This document shows positions 1 through 8,445 of a stretch of DNA of 64,000 nt, piece after piece. The notes beneath the pieces were generated by a model that saw nothing but the letters and a program-made list of their open reading frames with translations, was not told where the DNA came from and searched no databases. How positions within the stretch are numbered: the stretch's first letter is position 1; every line of letters starts with the position of its first letter. The translations under genes were made by a program, and so were the position numbers. The DNA comes from Gemmatimonadota bacterium (GTDB taxonomy: Bacteria; Gemmatimonadota; Gemmatimonadetes; Longimicrobiales; Gaopeijiaceae), in the NCBI GenBank assembly GCA_022340865.1, contig JAJDNC010000061.1, positions 15,648-79,647 on the forward strand. The letters are read 5' to 3'.

Positions 1-975
1 CGTGTAGTAGGGGGGCCGCTCGTCGGGAATGTGGGAGCGGTTCACGAGCTTCCAGCTCCCGCCACCGTCCTCGGACCGGAACAGCTCGGGGGTCGTGTCC
101 TCCACCAGCGCGTACACGCGCTCGGGATCGCTGGGTGCCACCTGGACGGCCACACGCCCAAGCGGGTGGTCCGCCCCGGGGAGCCCGTGGCCCGTCAGCT
201 TCTTCCAGGTGTCTCCACCGTCGTGGCTCACGTACACGCCGCTCCCGATTCCGCCGCTGTAGATGCCCCAGCGGCGGATCTGCACCTGCCACATGCCGGC
301 GAACAGGGTGTTGGGATCGTGGGCGTCCATGGACAGCTCGGAGCAGCCGGTGCTGTCGTTGACCATGAGCACCTGCTTCCACGTCTTGCCGCCGTCCAGC
401 GTCCGGTAGACACCCTGGTCGGTGGAGGGCTTGAACGTCTGGCCCAGAGCACAGGCGAACACGCGGTTCGGATCGCGGGGATCAACCACGATCCGGCCGA
501 TGTGGCCGGTGTCGTCCAGGCCCACGTTGTGCCAGGTCCGGCCCCCGTCGGTGGACTTGTAGATCCCGTCGCCCATGGCGTAGTAGGGCCGGATGAGCCA
601 CGTCTCACCGGTCCCCGCCCACACCTCGTTGTGGGCCGAAGGGGCCACGGCCAGCGCCCCCACCGGCGAGACGTCCTGGTGGTCGAAGACGGGCTTCCAG
701 GTCAGGCCTCCGTCGGTGGTCTTCCACACGCCGCCGTCCGCCGAGCCCGTGTAGGCCACGGAGGGGTCACCCGGCACCCCCACGATCGAAGAGACGCGGT
801 TCCCTGCCGGCCCCACGAACCGGAAGTGGAGCTGCGAGAGCGCGCTGGTGTCGGGCGCCGCGGACGCCTGGCCGTACAGGGCCGGAGCCCCGACGAGCAG
901 AACGCCGGTGAGCGCGGCGATGATGGACAGCGGGCGCGTGACGACAGGCGAGCGGGCGGAAGGGTCGTGGATCAC
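1..975 (-). CDS. Sortilin/VPS10-like BNR (Asp-box) repeat propeller protein, N-terminal part (3' end runs off the window)
   Basis: Not in the ORF track because there is no stop in the window. Manual translation of the minus strand from GTG (complement of 973-975) gives VIHDPSARSPVVTRPLSIIAALTGVLLVGAPALYGQASAAP... followed by repeated Asp-box-like motifs (SADGGVWKTTDGGLTW, YKSTDGGRTW, YRTLDGGKTW, VSHDGGDTW, RSEDGGGSW). A GAGGAGG Shine-Dalgarno lies about 8 nt upstream. It is a paralog of the CDSs at 22105 and 57932. Confidence 0.8.
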   Translation of the reverse strand, partial: MIHDPSARSPVVTRPLSIIAALTGVLLVGAPALYGQASAAPDTSALSQLHFRFVGPAGNRVSSIVGVPGDPSVAYTGSADGGVWKTTDGGLTWKPVFDHQDVSPVGALAVAPSAHNEVWAGTGETWLIRPYYAMGDGIYKSTDGGRTWHNVGLDDTGHIGRIVVDPRDPNRVFACALGQTFKPSTDQGVYRTLDGGKTWKQVLMVNDSTGCSELSMDAHDPNTLFAGMWQVQIRRWGIYSGGIGSGVYVSHDGGDTWKKLTGHGLPGADHPLGRVAVQVAPSDPERVYALVEDTTPELFRSEDGGGSWKLVNRSHIPDERPPYYT

Positions 976-1359
976 GGAAGCCTCCTCGGATTCCCCTCAG
1001 CAGGTGGGGGAAGAACCCGGCGGATGAGCTCGGGCCGCGTTACGGCGTGGCGGGACGGGCAGGTGACGTGGGTGCTGTCGGGTGCCGGCGCCGGTTGCCC
1101 CGGCACGGGACGGCATCGGACTCTCGAATCGCGGCAAGCTACGGATGCGTCGACGGGAGCCGCAACCCGGCTCTCGATGGATGGACGCCCCGAACGGTGG
1201 GGGTCGGGCACGGCCTTCTCCGTGCGCCGGCCTCCCCACGCCTGGGACGTCGGACGACAGCCGGGTCCGGATGAACGAGACCGCAGGAGAGACGGACCCC
1301 GCCCGGCGCCGTGGCACCGAGCGGGGTTCGCCTTCCCCGTCTGGAGGCTCGACTGCGTC

Positions 1360-2574
1360 CTAGAACGCGCCCGTGCCCTTGGGCGTGCCGTTCCCCGTCG
1401 GCCCGTCGTAGCCCGTGCCGGCGGTGCACAGATACGAGCCGCCGCAGCTGCCGTTGCTCCCCGACGTGATGTCGTTCAGCGCTGACAGGTGGGAGTACGA
1501 GAACGAGCCGTACGTGAGCGAGGCGGCGTTGCCGGCCAGCGCATACACGCCCGCGATGATCGGCGACGACACGCTGGTCCCGCCGAACACCAGCCAGCCG
1601 CCCGGATGCAGGCGGTACGTGTCGTAGACCGCCACGCCCGTGTTCGGGTCGGCCACCGCCGAGACGTCCCCCACCGTGCGGTTGGCGCAGCCGGCATCGG
1701 TCTGCCAACTCGGCTTCGAGATGTACGCGCTGCACCCGCTGCCGGCACCGCTCCAGGCCGTCTCGCTGTATGAGTTGCCGCTCTTCGTCAGCGAGGTACC
1801 GCCCACGGCCGTCACGTACCGCGAGGCCGCCGGGAACTCCACACCGTAGCCGTTGTCGCCCGTGCTCACCGTGATGGCGATGCCCGGATGGTCGTAGTGC
1901 GACTGGTCGCTGGTCTCACTCGAGTACTCGCTGCCGCCGTACGAGTTGGAGATCGCGTTGGCTCCCAGGCTCGCGGCCTCGTCCACCGCCGCCGCCAGGT
2001 TGGCGAACGAGTTCGACGACGCCTCCACCAGCACAATATTGCAGTTGGGGCAGATCGCGCTGACCATGTCGAGGTCGAGGGAGATCTCCTCCGACCAACC
2101 CGCATCGCTGCGCGGGTAGCTCGTGCCCCCGTTCTGGTCCACCTTTCTGAAGCAGCCGTTGGCCGTCGTGCACGCCGGCAGACCGAACTGGCTGCGATAC
2201 ACGGCCAGGTCGCTCTCCGCGTTCGGATCGTCGTAGGCATCGACGATGGCGACGGTCTGACCCGAGCCGGCGCTCGCCGAGGGCAGGTTGTAGGCGGCCT
2301 GCAGATCCGACGGCGTGTAGCCGCTGGGGGTGGGATTCGGCTTCGGCTTTCCACCCTTGTCCACCTGTACGATGGAGTGGCAGAGCGCAAAGCCGGCCGC
2401 CGCGGGACCTGGGCACACACGGGCGTGTAGCGCCCTCATGGCCAGCCCTGTGGCGCTTTGCGACGCAGTCACAGTTGGGGCGGTGATGGTATTCGGCTGG
2501 GTCGGCGTCTCTGAGCACGCGGCCAACGTGGCCAATGCCGCCAGGCCGAGCAGCGCTCGAGCTTTGGGGCGCAT
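1360..2574 (-). CDS. Peptidase S53 (sedolisin/kumamolisin-like serine-carboxyl peptidase), lipoprotein-type signal
   Basis: ORF 1360-2631. The likely start is MRPKARALLGLAALATLAAC (ATG at 2574, AGGAG upstream). It has a pro-domain-like region, then IVDAYDDPN and the C-terminal GGTSVSSPIIAG serine motif typical of S53. Confidence 0.8.
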   Translation of the reverse strand: MRPKARALLGLAALATLAACSETPTQPNTITAPTVTASQSATGLAMRALHARVCPGPAAAGFALCHSIVQVDKGGKPKPNPTPSGYTPSDLQAAYNLPSASAGSGQTVAIVDAYDDPNAESDLAVYRSQFGLPACTTANGCFRKVDQNGGTSYPRSDAGWSEEISLDLDMVSAICPNCNIVLVEASSNSFANLAAAVDEAASLGANAISNSYGGSEYSSETSDQSHYDHPGIAITVSTGDNGYGVEFPAASRYVTAVGGTSLTKSGNSYSETAWSGAGSGCSAYISKPSWQTDAGCANRTVGDVSAVADPNTGVAVYDTYRLHPGGWLVFGGTSVSSPIIAGVYALAGNAASLTYGSFSYSHLSALNDITSGSNGSCGGSYLCTAGTGYDGPTGNGTPKGTGAF

Positions 2575-2860
2575 GGGACGACTCCTGAGCAGAGGAGAGC
2601 GTATAGAGACGCCCATTCTATGCTCTTCCATGCTGTAGTTGCAAAGGTGGCGTCATTGGGGCCGGCATCGAATCGCCCTCGCCGTCGCCACTACAAGTGT
2701 CGTCGTTATCGGCGTTGCGGCGCCGGAACGGCGCCATAGTTGGGCGCTCCCCGCACCTTTGACGCCGGAGCAAGGCAGGCTGCTTCCGCTCCCCCCTTGC
2801 CAAGGACCGTCTACGGACGTAGATGCGGATAACCAGAGTCCGATGAAGGTGGAGGTTCTC

Positions 2861-4582
2861 ATGCGCCCATCGATCGTAGCGGCACTCGTCGCCGCAATGC
2901 TGATCGCGGCTCCGTCGTGCACTCCCAACGCCCCGGCCGGGCGCCCCGCCGTCGTCCTCATCCACGGCACGGTAGCTCCTGCCGAAGGCGGTCGCTTCGC
3001 CCTCGCCGAGGTGCGCCTCTTGCGGCCCAACTCGGCGCGTACCCTGGCCATCGCCACCGTCGCGCCCGACGGACGCTTCGCCATCGCCACCACGGAGACC
3101 GGCGAAGTCGGTCTCGCGTTCAGCGCGGTGGACCACTACTCGAAGTATGTGCCCCTCGTGGCGCCCGAGCCGGGCGACGTGGCCCTCGACGTACGCCTCA
3201 AGCACTACACCTACACACCCAGCGACAGCCTCGGCCGGGTCATGGCGATGGGGGACTTCACCGACTGGAAGAGGAGCGGAGCGCGTCCGCTCACCAAGCA
3301 GCCCGACGGCACCTATGCTCTCGACGTGGAGACCACCGCCGACTCCGTGGCGTACCAGATCCTGGGGCTGGAGGCGGGCGGTGGCCGGAGCATCAACGGC
3401 ACGGAGTCCGACTCCTGGGTCTACGACGGCGGAGGCGACTACCGCTCGGTGATCGAGGGGAAGAACGGCCACGCGAAGATCGTTCTCGATCCGAAGCTCC
3501 TGAAGCGCGACACCACCGGCCAGGCCGTCGTCCTCTTCCCCGATACCACCTCGCGGGACGCGCGCTTGAGCGCGGCGGTGGGAAGGTGGATGGACATCCG
3601 CGAGGCGTACAGGGACTCGGTCCTGGCCCGCCACGCGCGCAAGGACACCACGCACGTCGACATGACGGCGGGTGTAGCGCACCAGACGGAGGCGTTCCAC
3701 GCGGCGTCCGACCCGCTGGTCCGGCAGATCGACGCCCTCTCGCTCCTCGACGCCCTCGAGTGGGGAGCGAAGGTCGACACGTCGCTGGCGAGGGAGCTCA
3801 CCCGGGCCGTTCCGGCCGCGTCCCCGCTATGGGGGACGCTCCCCACCCAACCGGGCGCGGTGCTCCAGGCGTACCGGGCGGCCGCGGGTGACACCTTCCA
3901 CACCGCGGCCGTGGACTCGGCGGTGGGCCTCCCGACGCTCGCCTATCTCGACAGCATGATCGCGGTGCAGCACGACAGCATGCTGGTACAGGAGACGTTG
4001 ACGCAGGCGATCTACATCGCGAAGGGGATGAAGGACCAGAAGCGCGCGAACGACTACTACGACCGGCTGGTGACGGACTATCCGAACTCGCCGACCACGG
4101 ACTTCGTGAAGGCACAGCTGTCGCCCACCCGGGCGATCCAGGTGGGCAAGAAGATGCCCGAGTACTCCTTCGCCTCGCTGGGCGACTCGACGGTGACGTA
4201 CACGCGCGAGTCCATGCTCGGGAAAGTCTACCTCCTGGACTTCTGGGCGACCTGGTGCGGTCCGTGCGTCGGTGAGGTGCCGAACCTCCAGGCGGCGTAC
4301 GATACGCTCCACGCCCGAGGCCTCCAGATCCTTAGCGTGTCGCTGGACGACTCACCCAGGGACGTCGTCGAGTTCCGCGCCGATCACAGGATGCCCTGGC
4401 TCCAGGCGTTCGTCTCCGGCGAGTTCGACAACGCGGAAATCAAGCGGCTGGAGATCATCTTCCTGCCGCGCGAGGTCCTCGTCGGCAGGGACGGGACCAT
4501 TCTCGCCGCGGACAGCGAGCTGCGCGGGAAGGGCCTCATGCCGGCGTTGAGGAAGGCGCTCGGCGTCAAGAGCACGTCCTGA
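2861..4582 (+). CDS. TlpA/ResA-like thiol-disulfide oxidoreductase with a long N-terminal extension (E-set/CBM48-like module plus helical region)
   Basis: The C-terminus has FWATWCGPC (thioredoxin CxxC) in an AhpC/TSA-like context. The N-terminal region has MGDFTDWKRSGARPLTKQPDGTYALDV, resembling the AMPK-beta/CBM48 glycogen-binding fold. I chose the start at ATG 2861 (MRPSIVAALVAAMLIAAPSC) because GGAGG sits 8 nt upstream. The longest ORF starts at 2639. Confidence 0.75.
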   Translation: MRPSIVAALVAAMLIAAPSCTPNAPAGRPAVVLIHGTVAPAEGGRFALAEVRLLRPNSARTLAIATVAPDGRFAIATTETGEVGLAFSAVDHYSKYVPLVAPEPGDVALDVRLKHYTYTPSDSLGRVMAMGDFTDWKRSGARPLTKQPDGTYALDVETTADSVAYQILGLEAGGGRSINGTESDSWVYDGGGDYRSVIEGKNGHAKIVLDPKLLKRDTTGQAVVLFPDTTSRDARLSAAVGRWMDIREAYRDSVLARHARKDTTHVDMTAGVAHQTEAFHAASDPLVRQIDALSLLDALEWGAKVDTSLARELTRAVPAASPLWGTLPTQPGAVLQAYRAAAGDTFHTAAVDSAVGLPTLAYLDSMIAVQHDSMLVQETLTQAIYIAKGMKDQKRANDYYDRLVTDYPNSPTTDFVKAQLSPTRAIQVGKKMPEYSFASLGDSTVTYTRESMLGKVYLLDFWATWCGPCVGEVPNLQAAYDTLHARGLQILSVSLDDSPRDVVEFRADHRMPWLQAFVSGEFDNAEIKRLEIIFLPREVLVGRDGTILAADSELRGKGLMPALRKALGVKSTS

Positions 4583-4734
4583 AGAGCGCGCCGGTGGGGC
4601 CCTGAGACGGCGGCCGCGGCATCACGAGGGTACCCCCCGCCGCGATCGTCACCCAGTCGACAGGGCGGCCGGATTCCCTATCCTTCTGGGACATTTCGCG
4701 GAGGGAGGACACCCTGATCGCCAAGATCATAGCC

Positions 4735-5328
4735 ATGCTGGCAACGGCCATCGTCGCCGTCATCTCCGATCTCGGCTACGGCGGTGTCGTGCTGATGATG
4801 GCCATCGAGAGCGCCTGCATCCCGTTGCCGTCCGAGATCATCATGCCGTTTTCCGGCTACCTCGTGTTCCAGGGGACCATGAGCCTGTTCGGGGTGGCGG
4901 TCGCGGGTGCCGCCGGCTGCCTGCTCGGTTCATGGGTAGCCTATGCCGTGGGCGCCTGGGGCGGACGGCCGCTCATCGAGAGATACGGCAGATACGTGCT
5001 CATCTCCCACCACGATCTCGATCTCGCGGACCGCTGGTTCACCCGCCACGGGGACATCACCGTCTTCACCGCCCGCCTGCTGCCGGTGGTGCGCACCTTC
5101 ATCGCCTTTCCCGCCGGCGTGTCGCGCATGCGGCTGTGGCGCTTCAGCGTGTACACCTTCGCCGGCTCGCTGATCTGGTGCTGGGTCCTGGCCTGGATCG
5201 GCAAGAAGCTCGGCGAGAACTGGGATACGCTCGGCGTCTATTTCCATCGCTTCGACGCCCTCATCGGCATCGTGCTGCTGGCGGGCATCGTCTGGTACGT
5301 GCGCCGTCATCTGCGGCACATGCGCTGA
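4735..5328 (+). CDS. DedA/SNARE-associated family inner-membrane protein
   Basis: The sequence is typical of DedA (LGYGGVVLMMAIESACIPLPSEIIMPFSGYL ... FTARLLPVVRTFIAFPAGVSRM). The ATG at 4735 has no SD. An in-frame CTG at 4714 lies 5 nt after GGAGGGAGG, so the true start may be 21 nt upstream. Confidence 0.8.
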   Translation: MLATAIVAVISDLGYGGVVLMMAIESACIPLPSEIIMPFSGYLVFQGTMSLFGVAVAGAAGCLLGSWVAYAVGAWGGRPLIERYGRYVLISHHDLDLADRWFTRHGDITVFTARLLPVVRTFIAFPAGVSRMRLWRFSVYTFAGSLIWCWVLAWIGKKLGENWDTLGVYFHRFDALIGIVLLAGIVWYVRRHLRHMR

Positions 5329-5432
5329 CCCGCGAGCGCGTTGCTCCGCCCGCCGCCGGCATGGAGCGGCACGGGCCGGCGCTTCGAGAGCGAGGCGTTC
5401 CGGCCGCAGGGAGGGAAGCCCCCCCCCGCCGC

Positions 5433-6737
5433 TCACCGGAAGCTCATGAGGCTCGTGTTGCCGAGATAGCCGAGCTGCATGGCCCGCATGTAGTCGATGG
5501 CCACCTTGCGGATGTCCTTGGGATGGACGTGCCGCAGTCCCGCCACGTACTGGTCCGCGAGACGGTAGTCACCGAAGTAGAGCTCCGCCCGCGCCAGAGC
5601 CTGCGCCTGGGCGTCGTTCGTGAGGTTCTGCGTCAGCTGATCGAGGACGAACTGATCCAGATAGTGGTTCAGGGCCCACCCCGGTACCTGGGACAGCGAC
5701 TGCAGCCACTCCACCTGATCGATCATCAGGCTGAATACCTTGGCCGGGTCGGCGCTGGTCGCGTACACGGCGGCGGTGGGTATGGCATCCTCCTGGAATG
5801 AAGCGTACACGGCGTACGACAGCGAGTGCTGCGTCCTGATGACGTCGTGCAGCCGCCCGGACAACAGGTTCGTGGCCACCTCGAAGGCGAAGTACTCGGG
5901 ATTCGTCGGCGGCGGGCCGACGATGTAGCCGAGGATGTAGTTGGTGGGCAGGGACCTGTCCTCGAACGCCCAGGTGTTGGGGCGCGCCGGCACCGGCGGA
6001 GGGAGCGTCCACGTGTAGGTCCCGGCAGGCAGCTTGCCCAGCGTACCCGCCACCAGCTGACGGACGCTGTCCTGCGCCACGTTGCCCACCACGACGAGGA
6101 GCATCCGCGACTTGACCATCTGGTCGCGGGCGTACCGGCGGAGCTGCGTCCCCCACAGCCCCGAGATGGACTGCACGGTCCCGTACGGGTCGAACCGGTA
6201 CGGGTGGTTCCGGAAGAGGTTCTGCCACGCCAGCGTCTCCACCCGGGCGTCGGGATCGCCGTAACGCCGGCGCGCTTCACTCAGCATCTCCCCGCGCGCC
6301 TGGCCGACTGCCGCACCCGAGAGCTCCGGCGCGGTCACCCCGACCACCCAGGCATTCCAGGCCGATGTCACGTTTCGACGCAGCGTCTGGAAGCCCGTTA
6401 CAGTCCAGTCGCGTCCCACCTCCAGGATCGAGTGCGCGCCGGCCGCGGCCAGCGCGTCCGCCCGCTCGATCTGCGACGTGCGCATCAGCAGCGCCTCGAT
6501 CCCCTCGGTGCCGTGCTTCAGCTGGCGGGACCCACCGAGGAGGTAGAGTCGGACGGAGACGATGTCGTTGCGGTCGGTGATCCGCTGGATCACCCGCACT
6601 CCCGACACCTCGTACTTCGTGGTGATGGTGTCCGCCTCCGCTCCGCCCGTCGCCGCGGGCACGGCGCAGCCGGCGCTCGACGGGATGGCCGCCGCCAGGG
6701 CGACGACGGCAGCGAGGGCACGTATCGTCGCGTTCAT
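5433..6737 (-). CDS. M16 (pitrilysin/insulinase) family protein, non-catalytic partner subunit
   Basis: The likely start is MNATIRALAAVVALAAAIPSSAGC (ATG at 6737), which overlaps the stop of the upstream M16 gene (ATGA). It has M16 fold-like sequence but no HxxEH motif. Confidence 0.7.
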   Translation of the reverse strand: MNATIRALAAVVALAAAIPSSAGCAVPAATGGAEADTITTKYEVSGVRVIQRITDRNDIVSVRLYLLGGSRQLKHGTEGIEALLMRTSQIERADALAAAGAHSILEVGRDWTVTGFQTLRRNVTSAWNAWVVGVTAPELSGAAVGQARGEMLSEARRRYGDPDARVETLAWQNLFRNHPYRFDPYGTVQSISGLWGTQLRRYARDQMVKSRMLLVVVGNVAQDSVRQLVAGTLGKLPAGTYTWTLPPPVPARPNTWAFEDRSLPTNYILGYIVGPPPTNPEYFAFEVATNLLSGRLHDVIRTQHSLSYAVYASFQEDAIPTAAVYATSADPAKVFSLMIDQVEWLQSLSQVPGWALNHYLDQFVLDQLTQNLTNDAQAQALARAELYFGDYRLADQYVAGLRHVHPKDIRKVAIDYMRAMQLGYLGNTSLMSFR

Positions 6738-8140
6738 CGCCGTCCCTCCCCGGCCTGGATCTTGGTCCGAACCTGCTCCGCCAGAGGTCCCGGCACGGTG
6801 ACGCCGATCACCCGGGGTCTGCCTTCCAGGTACTTCCGCGCCGCGCCGAGCACGTCGGCGGCCTTCGACTGGTTGCTGTCGTAGGGATGCTCGAGGTCCA
6901 GGAATTCCCCTCTTCCCCACAGCTTCGCCAGGTACGGCGCCAGGGTGGCTCCCTCCTCGAGGGTGAGCGCGAGATCCAGGTCCTCCAGGTTCCTCACGCG
7001 GCCCGAGGCGCTGTCACCACCCGCGAGGTACGCCGTGAGGTCGTTCAGCGTATCGGACAGCGTCCTGGCCGCTTCGGTGACACGGGCCAGGTCCGCTGTG
7101 CCCACGAAGACGACGGTGCCCGCGGACCGACCCTTGTCGAAGTCGCACTCCAGCTCGCGGAACGGGCCGTTCCCCACCATGTCCCGCCGGAAACGGGAGC
7201 CCGGGTCGTTCAGGATGTCCACGAGCCTGGCCATGGCCTCCGCGGCCGTCGGGTCCCGGTCGAGGCCCGGTCCCTGGAACTCGATGCGGACCGTCGCCTC
7301 GGGCGCTTCGGAGGTCACCACGACGACCTGCGACGCCGCCAGCGGCGTCATGGGTGGGAGCGTGTCGCCGGCGAAGGGATCGTTCCCCCGATGCCAGCCG
7401 CCGAAGTGGTCCGCGGCGGCGTGGAAGACGTCCTCCGCGTCCACGTCCCCCGTCACGAAGAGCGCGGCGTTGTTCGGCACGTAGTATCGCTTGGAGTACT
7501 CCTCGAGGCGCGTCAGCGTCACGTGCTTGAGCGACGTGCTGTCACCTCCCGGGTCCTTCAGATACCAGCTGTCTCCCCACAGCACGCGGTCCTCCTTCCG
7601 CGCCAGCCGTCCGTCGGGGTCCGCGGCGTCGCGGGCCAGCTCGTTCAGGATCACGGGCAGCTCTTCGTCGAGATCCTTGTCCCTGAAGTGTACCCGGGTC
7701 ACCAGGTATGCCAGCTGGGCGATGGCCTTGTCCGTGTTCTCCGATGGCAGAAGCATGTAGTACGAGACGTTGTCCTCGTTGGTGACGCCGTTGTAGACCG
7801 CCTTCAGCTCGGCGGCATCCTCGTCGAACTTCGACGGATCCAGCTTGTAGGTCCTGAACAGCATGTGCTCGTACACGTGGGAGAGCCCCGCCTCGTCCGG
7901 CCGCTGCGTGAAGGCACCGGTTCGTGCGGTCACCAGCACCGTGGCGAGGGGGGCCGAGTGGTCTTCGAGAACCTTCACCTCGAGGCCGTTGGCCAGCGTG
8001 GTGTCTCTCGTCCCGCGGGAAGCCTGCTGAGCACCCGCGGGCGTGGAGGGCAGGACCAGGGCGGCAGCGCACAGGGGCACAAGCATGACCATGCGCAGGG
8101 GCGTGCGGTGGAGTGGGGGATCGAGCATGGACGCCGTCAT
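6734..8140 (-). CDS. M16 family zinc metallopeptidase (catalytic subunit)
   Basis: It carries the inverted zinc motif HVYEH (HxxEH) and the signal peptide ...MVMLVPLCAAALVLPSTPAGAQQ. I chose the start at ATG 8140 (MTASMLD). The longest ORF extends to 8251. Confidence 0.75.
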   Translation of the reverse strand: MTASMLDPPLHRTPLRMVMLVPLCAAALVLPSTPAGAQQASRGTRDTTLANGLEVKVLEDHSAPLATVLVTARTGAFTQRPDEAGLSHVYEHMLFRTYKLDPSKFDEDAAELKAVYNGVTNEDNVSYYMLLPSENTDKAIAQLAYLVTRVHFRDKDLDEELPVILNELARDAADPDGRLARKEDRVLWGDSWYLKDPGGDSTSLKHVTLTRLEEYSKRYYVPNNAALFVTGDVDAEDVFHAAADHFGGWHRGNDPFAGDTLPPMTPLAASQVVVVTSEAPEATVRIEFQGPGLDRDPTAAEAMARLVDILNDPGSRFRRDMVGNGPFRELECDFDKGRSAGTVVFVGTADLARVTEAARTLSDTLNDLTAYLAGGDSASGRVRNLEDLDLALTLEEGATLAPYLAKLWGRGEFLDLEHPYDSNQSKAADVLGAARKYLEGRPRVIGVTVPGPLAEQVRTKIQAGEGRR

Positions 8141-8445
8141 GACGTCACCTGTCCTGTGGTGAGAATCGGAGATGCAACGGCGATGGCACAACTCGGCCGG
8201 AAGGCCATGGGGGGCGACGCAGAGCGTACGGTCCCCGTGCCACGACGGCAAGAGAGAAGCCGATCATGCGGTTTGAGGCCGGCCTACCGTCTCGCCCGGT
8301 CGCGCTTGCCGCCCAGGGAGCCGGGGTCTACCGTCTCTGAGAGCCCCATGGGGAGCCCGTGATCCCCATCCTGTCTTCACTCTCCTCCACAAGCCGAGCC
8401 GACGTGCGACGGAGCCGTCTGGACAGCCTGCCCGGCAGCGCTCCC

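Noticed and set aside
976-1359. A 385-nt gap between the S53 peptidase gene and the sortilin-like gene as a possible ncRNA locus
   Set aside because: It contains only short GC hairpins (for example GTGCCGG...CCGGCAC), with no conserved-looking motif and no U-tract. It most likely holds a promoter/leader for the downstream gene.
31-1485. A 484-aa plus-strand ORF covering the left edge
   Set aside because: It is Arg/Gly/Pro-rich with no recognisable motif. It lies antisense to a clearly coding BNR-repeat frame on the minus strand (Asp-box motifs, signal peptide, SD). It is a shadow ORF typical of high-GC DNA.
5329-5432. A poly-C/G tract and GCCGGC hairpin between the convergent DedA and M16 genes
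   Set aside because: These are short, low-complexity GC sequence. They are plausible as a weak terminator but not distinctive enough to annotate.
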